This document shows positions 35,211-42,989 of a DNA stretch of 54,719 nucleotides, in pieces. The translations under genes were made by a program, and so were the position numbers. The DNA comes from a virus. The stretch spans positions 1 to 54,719 of IMG/VR virus record IMGVR_UViG_3300014166_000001; one strand, 5' to 3'. Position 1 is the first letter of the stretch. Every line of letters begins with the position of its first letter. The notes beneath the pieces were generated by a model. That model did no database searches. It was not told the origin of the DNA and was given only the letters and a program-made list of their open reading frames with translations.

Positions 35211-36542
35211 TCATATCACCCGGTAAATCATCCCGGTCGCGTCAAACGCCTTGGCCCGGTCGAACAATGCCCAGAGCGCGTGTGGGTAAAAGACGTCCCG
35301 GCCAAGGATCATGTCGGGGATCTCTGGCATAACCGTTCTCCACCAGCTTTTGCGAGCGCAAAACAGATCGGCCACAGGCTGGAAGGACGCCCGGCCGTCC
35401 TTTTGGTTCATGCGATAGGCAAATGTGGCGTCGTGGGCAAGTAGTGCGTCGGTCAAGCCTTCACGAAACCGCGTATCCGGTCGAGTGAGGCACACAAAAT
35501 CGCTGTCGGTCGCCCGCTGCATTCCCATCCGGAGACAGTCCTTGAGGTACGGGTAACGCCGCGGGTCCTTGAGGTTAAGCATGCTATCCCGGCCGCACGC
35601 CCCGACTTCGATCGGCGTCATGGTCCAGGAGCCCGTCTCGTATTCAGTGAACCATTCCGGCCAGCGGCTTACGCCTTCGTACTCGGACCAGACATGGACG
35701 ATCTGCGGCATAGACTGCGCCCGAAAGCCTACCCCGCCAATGTTGTCCAAAGCCCACACAAAGCCGCTGATGCGCTCGATAAAGTCACTGTAACGACAGT
35801 AGAAAGTGTGGTTTGGTCGCCAAGGCGATCCATTCCAGAGCAGGGGTTTGTCGTTGGCAAAGGCCAACACAGGCAGCCCCGGGACCGCTCGGGCGAGGTG
35901 CAACGGGGCGGAGTCGGTCGCTATTAGACAATGTGCCCGCTCGTACAGCCCAAGCAGGTCGTAAATTCGCTCGGCTTTGACTTCGGCCAAGTCCACCACG
36001 GTCCACTTGTTGCGTGGGAACTTAGCCCGGACCAATTCCCGCACGACATTGGCGTAAGGGAATGGTGACGTCACCCCACCCAACGACAGGAGGACCGTCT
36101 TTGTTTTGCCGCGCGCCCACTCATCGACAAGCTTGTTTTCGCGCGCTTTGCTCCGTTTATCGAACAGCAGGTCGGGTTGGCCGTCCCACTCCGCCAGCTT
36201 GCCGGCCACGCGCCACGACTCCTTTTGAAAGCTGGTAGTTACCGCGGTTTGCTGCTTGGCCGGCCCGTAAACGTATTCGACAACGGCCTCCGTGCTGCAG
36301 TTCACTTGCGTACAACACCACTCGCCATTGATCGTCTTAGCCTGCTCGCATGCCTTGCCGACCTCATGGTAAGGCCCTTCGTAGATGTGAGGCTCGACGT
36401 AGTTAACGCCCTCGAGCACGGAACTGAACTCGCGCGCGACCATCAACCCGCAACGGTTGCCGCGTTGTTCCTCGGCGCGAAGGAGGGGGAGAATGTTGAG
36501 CACGTCTCCGAAACGGCCTAAAGCAATATACAAACGGCTCAT
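35211..36542 (-). CDS. GT9 (heptosyltransferase)-like glycosyltransferase fused to an unassigned about 170-aa C-terminal domain
   Basis: LYIALGRFGDVLNILPLL and LIATDSAPLHLARAVPGLPVLAF (cf. the GT9 D(S/T)G..HLAAA..P..LFG signature). ATG at 36542 forms an ATGA overlap with the upstream ORF. Confidence 0.6.
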   Translation of the reverse strand: MSRLYIALGRFGDVLNILPLLRAEEQRGNRCGLMVAREFSSVLEGVNYVEPHIYEGPYHEVGKACEQAKTINGEWCCTQVNCSTEAVVEYVYGPAKQQTAVTTSFQKESWRVAGKLAEWDGQPDLLFDKRSKARENKLVDEWARGKTKTVLLSLGGVTSPFPYANVVRELVRAKFPRNKWTVVDLAEVKAERIYDLLGLYERAHCLIATDSAPLHLARAVPGLPVLAFANDKPLLWNGSPWRPNHTFYCRYSDFIERISGFVWALDNIGGVGFRAQSMPQIVHVWSEYEGVSRWPEWFTEYETGSWTMTPIEVGACGRDSMLNLKDPRRYPYLKDCLRMGMQRATDSDFVCLTRPDTRFREGLTDALLAHDATFAYRMNQKDGRASFQPVADLFCARKSWWRTVMPEIPDMILGRDVFYPHALWALFDRAKAFDATGMIYRVI

Positions 36543-36781
36543 TCGCAAAAGAGTTGTTCCAGCGGCAGGACCGTCGCGTTCTTAATGGCCGCCATCTTAA
36601 AATGGTGCATCCCGCCGCACATATCGCAGACACACGGCCTGGTCAGCGTGGCGTTGATGATCATGACTTTGCCTTGCACGATCGCGTCAATGACTGACGG
36701 TCGAAAGAACTCATCTGGCGTCCCCAGTTCGCCCAGGCGCCTTACCAGTTTCTTTAGCAACTTGGTCTTTTTTGCTGTCAT
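36539..36781 (-). CDS. Hypothetical small protein
   Basis: 80-aa ORF coupled to the GT9-like gene. Overlaps the 3' end of the HTH ORF by 71 nt. Confidence 0.4.
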   Translation of the reverse strand: MTAKKTKLLKKLVRRLGELGTPDEFFRPSVIDAIVQGKVMIINATLTRPCVCDMCGGMHHFKMAAIKNATVLPLEQLFCE

Positions 36782-36953
36782 TTGTCGCAGCCATCCGGCG
36801 TTCTAACTCCACAAGTCCCAATGGCGTTGGTTCGCGTTCGCCGTAAATATACTTCCTGAATGTCGGCAGCGGAATACCCAGCAACTCCGCGCTCTCGGTC
36901 TGGGTTTTTACCCCAGCCCATTGTTTTAACCGCTCCGCGAATGCCTGTGCCAT
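36711..36953 (-). CDS. XRE-type HTH protein (paralogue of 37618-37830)
   Basis: FAERLKQW...TQTESAELLGIPLPTFRKYIYGEREPTPLGLVELERRM. Confidence 0.55.
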   Translation of the reverse strand: MAQAFAERLKQWAGVKTQTESAELLGIPLPTFRKYIYGEREPTPLGLVELERRMAATNDSKKDQVAKETGKAPGRTGDAR

Positions 36954-36962
36954 TTGGTTATG

Positions 36963-37631
36963 TTATACGGTGGGGCAGTCGAGGGCAAGCGGGACGTCTT
37001 TACGCTTCACGCCGCGCACGATGTTGGAAACCGTCGCTGGCCATATACCGTAGCTTTCGGCTATAGAGGTTTGAGTTTCTCCAGCCTTGGCTCTTGTGCG
37101 AATGTCGATCACTTCCTCTACTGACAATTTATGTACTGGACGTTCATGGATAACAGGTTCTCCGAATGACTGCCTTGCTAAGCCTCTTCCGATTCTCCAA
37201 ATTGATTGGAAAGTTACGTGGTGTTCGTCGGCTAGAGACTTGATGGTACGAGTTTTACCCTGAAGGTGATTTCTAATTTCAATCACCTGATCATCCGAAA
37301 GCTTTCCGAGGTTATTTGCCAATCCGAACCTTGGTTTGTGGCGATTTCTGGCAACCATCTCAAGCATGTTTTCGGAATCAGTCTTGGCTGTTAAGTGGTC
37401 CGGTCTAACACAACGAGGGGTATCGCACGAATGGCAGACCTTTTTACCTTCTTCGAGTCCCCTGTGTTCCACAATGTAAGAGATGACATGGCAAAGCCAC
37501 ATCCTTCCTTGGAAATGCATTCGGGCGTAAATTCCAGATGGGTTAGCCCTACAAATCCAGCATCCAGACGACTTGGTAACGGTGTTCCAAAACCTCGCCA
37601 GCTCGGCCTCTGTTAAACTAATGGTGATCAA
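36963..37631 (-). CDS. HNH homing endonuclease (HNH_3-type) with two HTH modules
   Basis: CWIC...CHSCDTPRCVRPDHLTAKTDSEN, then two ...QVIEIRN.../...EVIDIRT... HTH-like repeats. Confidence 0.85.
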   Translation of the reverse strand: MITISLTEAELARFWNTVTKSSGCWICRANPSGIYARMHFQGRMWLCHVISYIVEHRGLEEGKKVCHSCDTPRCVRPDHLTAKTDSENMLEMVARNRHKPRFGLANNLGKLSDDQVIEIRNHLQGKTRTIKSLADEHHVTFQSIWRIGRGLARQSFGEPVIHERPVHKLSVEEVIDIRTRAKAGETQTSIAESYGIWPATVSNIVRGVKRKDVPLALDCPTV

Positions 37632-37830
37632 GCATCCTCCTTTCGATTTCCAAAAGTGCTAGACGGTGGGGCGTTCGGCTTCCCTTCTCCCAAGTCCTAT
37701 ATGTCCCGGTCGGCACGTCGAAAACTTGAGCGGCCTCCTTCTGTAACAGCTTTCTACTGAGCCTCCACCGTTCGATTCTCGAAGCAAATGATTCAGGTGT
37801 CACTGTATGTCCAGTGTGACAGTGTAGCAC
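37618..37830 (-). CDS. XRE-type HTH protein (the start may be the GTG at 37803)
   Basis: FASRIERW...LLQKEAAQVFDVPTGTYRTWEKGSRTPHRLALLEIERRM. Confidence 0.55.
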   Translation of the reverse strand: MLHCHTGHTVTPESFASRIERWRLSRKLLQKEAAQVFDVPTGTYRTWEKGSRTPHRLALLEIERRMLDHH

Positions 37831-38192
37831 TTTGATTACAAGACAAGAATACGCAACAAGCGTAAAAGAAGTTTCAGGGTGACATCAGAGCGGCGGTTCC
37901 CCCCGTCGCATCGGGCGTAAAGCCGTTCGCCCACGGCCAGAGAAATCTGCACGGCGTAGCGAGTCCTTCGCCTCTCGCAAGTTCCAAAAACCAACAATAA
38001 AACTTGTGCCCACTGTGGCCAATACAAACATCATAAAAGTTTCCGGACTTAAAGTCCTGATATAGAAAGGTTTATATCCCCCTGAGTACCAGCCAGTGCG
38101 GACAATTCAATGATTTCCTAGGTCGACGTCCCTACGATTGGGACAAGAAAATTTCCAAGGATCGCAAGCCACACTCGTACATTTACACCGGC

Positions 38193-39581
38193 ATGTACAA
38201 GACCGAGACATTCCCGACGTTCATGGGGACGACTCACTTGCACGAGCGCATCTATGTGACGCGGCCAAACGATCCCGGCCTGTGGACGCAGTTCGTGGCC
38301 GATCCTTGCATCGGGACGCCTTGCGATAACAATCGGCAATATATCGGCCATGGCGTGGACCAGCTCCGTTACGATCGCTATCGTCGGGAGTATCAGACCC
38401 CGGTGTTTTGCATCGACCAGTTGGACACCATCGAGGAGGGGATCCAGAAGATGGCGGCCATCGCCCAGGGCTACCAGGACCTCCCCGAAGAGATCTGCTC
38501 CGACTTCTTGCGCGTGTTGACGCTTCGCAAGGCGGGCACTGCGGCACTTCAGGGCGGGCTTTACCTGTGCGGCATGCAGGACGGGCAGGGCAACCCGATC
38601 GCCATCGACGTTGACGACAGCATGTTCGCCGTGGCCAACGGTGGTAACGCCGTTACGCAGAACTCGCTGATGATCAATTTGAATGCCAGCGGCGGGTTAT
38701 CCGCCAACGGCATTAACACGACTGCCGGCTTGGCGGCGTCCCTCGGCCAGTTGTCGATGGAATACCTCGCCAACGCCCAGGAGGATCTGGCGGCCAATGG
38801 TTATCACGACCGCGAATGGATGGTGGAAGGCAAGTTCTCGATCACCGTCGACCAAACGACTCGGCGCCGGCTGCTCGTGGCTAACCCGGCCCTCACGCAG
38901 ATGTATAGCGCGGCTGACTTCGCCAAAGGCGGGGCCTTCTACAGCTACGGCGTAACCACCGGTTGCGGTGATTGGCTCTTCAAAGAGGACAAGGCCCAGA
39001 TGCGCTTCCGCTTCCGGTCAGACCTCGACGGCCTGAACCTGAACGGTGCCGCGCTCAACGGTGCAGTGTGGATCCAGCAGGTTTGGCCTTTCCAGAACGT
39101 GGCGGCGACCTTCGGCCTCAAGCCCGTTTATTCCGCCATGTGGAAGAACGCGCCGATTCGCCTCTACCACGTCTACAACCGGGACGCCCGGATCGTTTAC
39201 GTGGGCGATATTGTTAGCATCAACGACGAGATGAAGTTCGGCCTCGCGCGTAGCTTCATGGGCCAATGGACTTGGAAGAGCCCGGACTACTTCAACGCCG
39301 TCGACCCCAACACCGGCGTCCTGTGCCAGTTCAACAACGACAAGCGCAACAAAGGCTATTGGCTGGGTGAGTACGACCTGGCAGAGAAAACGATCTATCC
39401 TGAGATAGAGCGGCTTATCTTGGCTCTGGGCGAACCCCAGCCATACGTTAGGGTCCCAAGAACTAACAATCCGTTTCTTGCGCCGTATAACGTGGGCGAC
39501 TACCAGAGCTTGTTGGCATACAATAGTCAGTGCGGCGAATATATTCCCACGCCGGGATTTTCGCTTCCCACTGAAGATTAA
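38193..39581 (+). CDS. Putative major capsid protein
   Basis: 462-aa ORF heading the plus-strand late block after a 360-nt leader. It is the only remaining ORF of capsid-like size. No motif proof. Confidence 0.45.
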   Translation: MYKTETFPTFMGTTHLHERIYVTRPNDPGLWTQFVADPCIGTPCDNNRQYIGHGVDQLRYDRYRREYQTPVFCIDQLDTIEEGIQKMAAIAQGYQDLPEEICSDFLRVLTLRKAGTAALQGGLYLCGMQDGQGNPIAIDVDDSMFAVANGGNAVTQNSLMINLNASGGLSANGINTTAGLAASLGQLSMEYLANAQEDLAANGYHDREWMVEGKFSITVDQTTRRRLLVANPALTQMYSAADFAKGGAFYSYGVTTGCGDWLFKEDKAQMRFRFRSDLDGLNLNGAALNGAVWIQQVWPFQNVAATFGLKPVYSAMWKNAPIRLYHVYNRDARIVYVGDIVSINDEMKFGLARSFMGQWTWKSPDYFNAVDPNTGVLCQFNNDKRNKGYWLGEYDLAEKTIYPEIERLILALGEPQPYVRVPRTNNPFLAPYNVGDYQSLLAYNSQCGEYIPTPGFSLPTED

Positions 39582-40168
39582 CGACTTAGGTATGAGTGAC
39601 GGGCAGCAGCAGGTTGTCCGTCACTCAGCCTTCGTTTGCCATGAGCAATGTTCCAAACAATGGTGTAAGGAACGTGGAGTTCTCTCGATATGGCGGCAAC
39701 TTCTCCATATTTTCCAGTCAGTCGAGAGGCTATTTGTCTCGCCATTTCATCAGAACATTTGCACATGCCATGCTTCTCACCGTGAAACGGATTATTAGAA
39801 AAATGGTTGTGACCATCGGCGGTCATCTTCTGCATGTTCGAGAACTGATCGCCATACTCAAGGTGTTTCGGATTACAGCACTGCGGGTTCGGTCCACCTG
39901 GGCAAATGTGGTTCACCTGTTTCCCTTCTGGAATTGGCCCTTGAGTAAGGATCATCACGGCTCGATGGGCGTAAATCTTGGAATTGACTCCCTCGCGGCG
40001 TTGGATCATTCCGTGGCCTCGAGGCCAATTCTTGCCGCACGGTCGAGTGCTTCCCATCCACGGCCAGCAATCGTCGGGACCTCTGACGTCAACCTTTGCC
40101 CAAAAGCGTTCCTGGAACGTGGGCGACAGTCCTTGCTCCTCCAAATATTCAGGGGTTATTTCAATCAT
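39578..40168 (-). CDS. HNH homing endonuclease (HNH_3-type)
   Basis: CWPWMG...AHRAVM...VNHICPGGPNPQCCNPKHLEYGDQFSN. Opposite strand inside the plus-strand late operon. Confidence 0.85.
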   Translation of the reverse strand: MIEITPEYLEEQGLSPTFQERFWAKVDVRGPDDCWPWMGSTRPCGKNWPRGHGMIQRREGVNSKIYAHRAVMILTQGPIPEGKQVNHICPGGPNPQCCNPKHLEYGDQFSNMQKMTADGHNHFSNNPFHGEKHGMCKCSDEMARQIASRLTGKYGEVAAISRELHVPYTIVWNIAHGKRRLSDGQPAAARHSYLSR

Positions 40169-40423
40169 TCAATTCGCCTCGTTGATCAACTTACGCATGT
40201 CCTCAACGGCAAGCTCGATTTGATGAAGGACAAACTCCTTCGTCATCGTGTCAACCGCCTTGATGGAAAAATGGGCGTTTTGTTCGCAGTTGAAGATCAG
40301 GCACATGGCGAAAAGGTTGCTCTTGGGGTTGCCAGGGCGAACAAGACCATCCACGGCTTTGAGTGTAGCGGCTGCGGATTTTGCGTCTTGCGATCCTGGG
40401 AGATACTGACTATGTTCGTTCAT
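40169..40423 (-). CDS. Hypothetical protein co-transcribed with the HNH gene
   Basis: 84-aa ORF ending 1 nt before the HNH ATG. Confidence 0.45.
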   Translation of the reverse strand: MNEHSQYLPGSQDAKSAAATLKAVDGLVRPGNPKSNLFAMCLIFNCEQNAHFSIKAVDTMTKEFVLHQIELAVEDMRKLINEAN

Positions 40424-40507
40424 TCGTTCGTACTTGCTCCGTTTGGGTTACTGGCCCAGCGGAGCTTCTTTATTCTCACACAAACATCGGTAAACTCAAG
40501 GTAATAT

Positions 40508-40873
40508 ATGCCAATGATGGACGAAATGGCTGGAGACGGTGGAGCCCCGCCCGCGGCTGAGACTCAGGACGCGGATCCCGGCGCCATGCCGCACGACGAG
40601 GTGGCGGAGGGCCAGATGGGGATCATTCACATCGGCTCGGATATGCTGCCCGATGGCATGTCCAAGAAGGTGAAGAAGGGGGATATTTTGGAATTTAAGG
40701 CTATCGGTCCGGCTGACGCCGAAGGTGACATTCCCGTGACTTACAACACGGGTGACGACGAGGAGAAGAAAGAGCCATGGGAGGACTCGTTTAGAAAGGA
40801 AATGTCTCCCCGCGGCGACAAGGCAGATACGGGTGGGTCGGGAGGTTCGGATAATCCAGGATCAGGTTACTAA
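40508..40873 (+). CDS. Acidic hypothetical protein (head-associated?)
   Basis: 121-aa ORF, D/E/G-rich. Confidence 0.5.
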   Translation: MPMMDEMAGDGGAPPAAETQDADPGAMPHDEVAEGQMGIIHIGSDMLPDGMSKKVKKGDILEFKAIGPADAEGDIPVTYNTGDDEEKKEPWEDSFRKEMSPRGDKADTGGSGGSDNPGSGY

Positions 40874-40879
40874 AAAATT

Positions 40880-41311
40880 ATGGCAACATTCACACTAGAC
40901 CCGGTTCCGTCTCCGCTGACGACTCCGATCGGCAACAACATTGATTCAGCCAAGACGTTTGCGCGGGATTATTACAAACTCTCGGAGCCAAGCATTGAGA
41001 CGAAGCAACTGCACACGATTCGGATTCTTGGGTTGCTGTACAACTTGGCAAAGCTTCAGCCCTTTGCTGTAAACTACAAACTGAACCATAAAGGACTGAT
41101 CCAGGATGCGATGGTTTACAACGGCGCGATCACTATGTTCAACCTGGAGGTAGCTCATGCGGTAACGGATTGGGATGCCGGCAAGTTCGTTGATACGACG
41201 CTTTCCAACGACGTGAACGCCTTATTGCAGGAAGGTCGGGACTTCTTGCAGTTGCCTGTGGAAACGCAGCAAAGGATCATCTCGTTCCTGCGGGTACAGT
41301 TGGGGACATAA
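40880..41311 (+). CDS. Hypothetical structural-module protein
   Basis: 143-aa ORF. Confidence 0.5.
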   Translation: MATFTLDPVPSPLTTPIGNNIDSAKTFARDYYKLSEPSIETKQLHTIRILGLLYNLAKLQPFAVNYKLNHKGLIQDAMVYNGAITMFNLEVAHAVTDWDAGKFVDTTLSNDVNALLQEGRDFLQLPVETQQRIISFLRVQLGT

Positions 41312-41363
41312 TTCCTGGAGGTGCCTCATTGCCTGTGACGCCCAAACTTTGGAAAACTTGCAG

Positions 41364-41543
41364 ATGCTCAACCGTGAAAGCGCGTTGAGCGAGCGTGACT
41401 TACTGATGTGCAGGGCTTCCGTGTTCGCCACGGCGGCCGGCATCGCTACGGCGACAGATGCTCTCCGTATTGGGATACTGATGGGTCTAAACAAAGTCAG
41501 CGAGCGCGATCTTGACCTGATCTTTCTGTCACTCCTTTTCTAA
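41364..41543 (+). CDS. Short ORF carrying two S-E-R-D-L repeats, separated from the next ORF by a single in-frame TAA
   Basis: MLNRESALSERDLLMC...NKVSERDLDLIFLSLLF*. Same reading frame as 41547-42989. Confidence 0.4.
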   Translation: MLNRESALSERDLLMCRASVFATAAGIATATDALRIGILMGLNKVSERDLDLIFLSLLF

Positions 41544-41546
41544 ATT

Positions 41547-42989
41547 GTGGGCTGTAACACCAGCGACATTTTGGGAACCGCGTACCGCACTGGTTACGCG
41601 AAACTATCGGCGCGCGATCTCAAGGTTGCCGCGATAGCCGCAGCGTGCTCGACGTGCAACGCTCAACCCCTGATTGAGGGGGCTATTGGTAACGGCTACC
41701 TCAAGCTGACGGAGTACGAGACGGCCATGTGCATCGCCAATGCGCTTTGCTCGTCGCCTGGAGCGACAGGGGCGCCGGCTCCAATAGCACTAGCAGCGGC
41801 CATGCAGAATCACTTGGCCTCTATGAGCCGTAGGGATCTGGATGCTGTCATCACCGCTGTCCTGTGCAAGCAGACCAATCCTCCTTGTGTCACCCCATCA
41901 GCTCCGCTTAATCCAACGGCGAAGGTCACTACCGCCACGACCATACTGGTTACTTGGAACCAGTTGCCTAATGCTGGAAGCCTCATATTAGGATATACTG
42001 TCAAGTGGGGAACGGTTTCGGGTGTCTACCCCAACACGGCGACCGTGGCGGCTATTCCGAAAAGTTACACGATCACCGGCCTAACGGCTGGAACTCAGTA
42101 TTTCTTTGTCGTGGTGGCCAACTCATTCTCTGGATGTTCCTCTGCCAACTCGGCTGAGAGTTCAGCAACGACAACCGGGGCAGTGGCATGCAGCGCGGCA
42201 TCCCAGGCTTTCGTAGCGGCGTGGGTGGCAACAGTAGTAGCCAATGGCGGTGCAGCACCTTCAGCGGCGACACAGGCTGCAATATGTGCGTTTCAGGATG
42301 GGTTGGTAGCTGACGGACTTGATACACAGATGCTTCATTGGAACGCGATTGTTCCAGACAACTTAATTGCCGCTTTTACACCTCAGCTTTTGGGACTTGG
42401 AACAAGGGCGGTTTGGACCAATTCGGGTCCATTCGTGATTGGCGATCTAACGGTGGACGGGCTCAAGGGGGACGCAGTGGGCAAATTCTCCGCTACTGGA
42501 GTTGCTCCCAGCACAATATTCTCAAGTGACGATGACTGCGGGATCTCAATTTATCTATTTACAAATCCCAACTCGGCTAGTTGCGACATTGGTGTGACCC
42601 AGGGGGCAAACCTCACCTCGATTCAACCGTTCGCTGGCACCACGTTTTTTGATTCTTACGCTATCGCCGGTCGCATTAGCGCGGCCAACGCTGGGTTCGT
42701 TGGGTTCATTTCCGGCAATCGTGTAGCCGGGCCTACCACCTCAATTTACGAAGCCAGTTCGACTGTGCCGTTCAATACGTTGGTTACGGCGAATGTGGCT
42801 GCGGGCGGAAATAGGCCAGCAACGGAATATTACGCCTGGGCGATGGATAACGGAGGGGTGCAAGCGTCGCTATCCGACCACAGAATGTCGTTCATTGGGT
42901 TCCACCACGGACTCACTGCCGCTAATGATCTAAAGCTTTTCAATCGAGTCCAGGCATTGCGTGTAGCACTTTTGGGAGGTTTCAAATAA
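41547..42989 (+). CDS. Repeat + fibronectin type III + C-terminal beta-rich domain protein (receptor-binding or decoration candidate)
   Basis: GTG start. Repeats KLSARDLKV..., KLTEYETAM..., SMSRRDLDAV... FN3: ILVTWNQLPNAGSLILGYTVKWG...YTITGLTAGTQYFFVVVA. Confidence 0.6.
   Translation: MGCNTSDILGTAYRTGYAKLSARDLKVAAIAAACSTCNAQPLIEGAIGNGYLKLTEYETAMCIANALCSSPGATGAPAPIALAAAMQNHLASMSRRDLDAVITAVLCKQTNPPCVTPSAPLNPTAKVTTATTILVTWNQLPNAGSLILGYTVKWGTVSGVYPNTATVAAIPKSYTITGLTAGTQYFFVVVANSFSGCSSANSAESSATTTGAVACSAASQAFVAAWVATVVANGGAAPSAATQAAICAFQDGLVADGLDTQMLHWNAIVPDNLIAAFTPQLLGLGTRAVWTNSGPFVIGDLTVDGLKGDAVGKFSATGVAPSTIFSSDDDCGISIYLFTNPNSASCDIGVTQGANLTSIQPFAGTTFFDSYAIAGRISAANAGFVGFISGNRVAGPTTSIYEASSTVPFNTLVTANVAAGGNRPATEYYAWAMDNGGVQASLSDHRMSFIGFHHGLTAANDLKLFNRVQALRVALLGGFK

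Noticed and set aside
36711-37830. HTH genes as a lysogeny switch, implying a temperate phage
   Set aside because: No integrase, recombinase, excision module or attP-like feature was recognised, and the HTH genes flank a homing endonuclease. The lifestyle remains undetermined.
39596-40504. 302-aa plus-strand ORF downstream of the capsid gene
   Set aside because: It is antisense to an ORF with an unmistakable HNH_3 signature and to its 84-aa partner. Its translation is low-complexity and motif-free.
41547-42989. Diversity-generating retroelement target (an FN3 or C-type lectin-like variable protein)
   Set aside because: There is no reverse transcriptase ORF, and I noticed no template/variable repeat pair anywhere in the genome.
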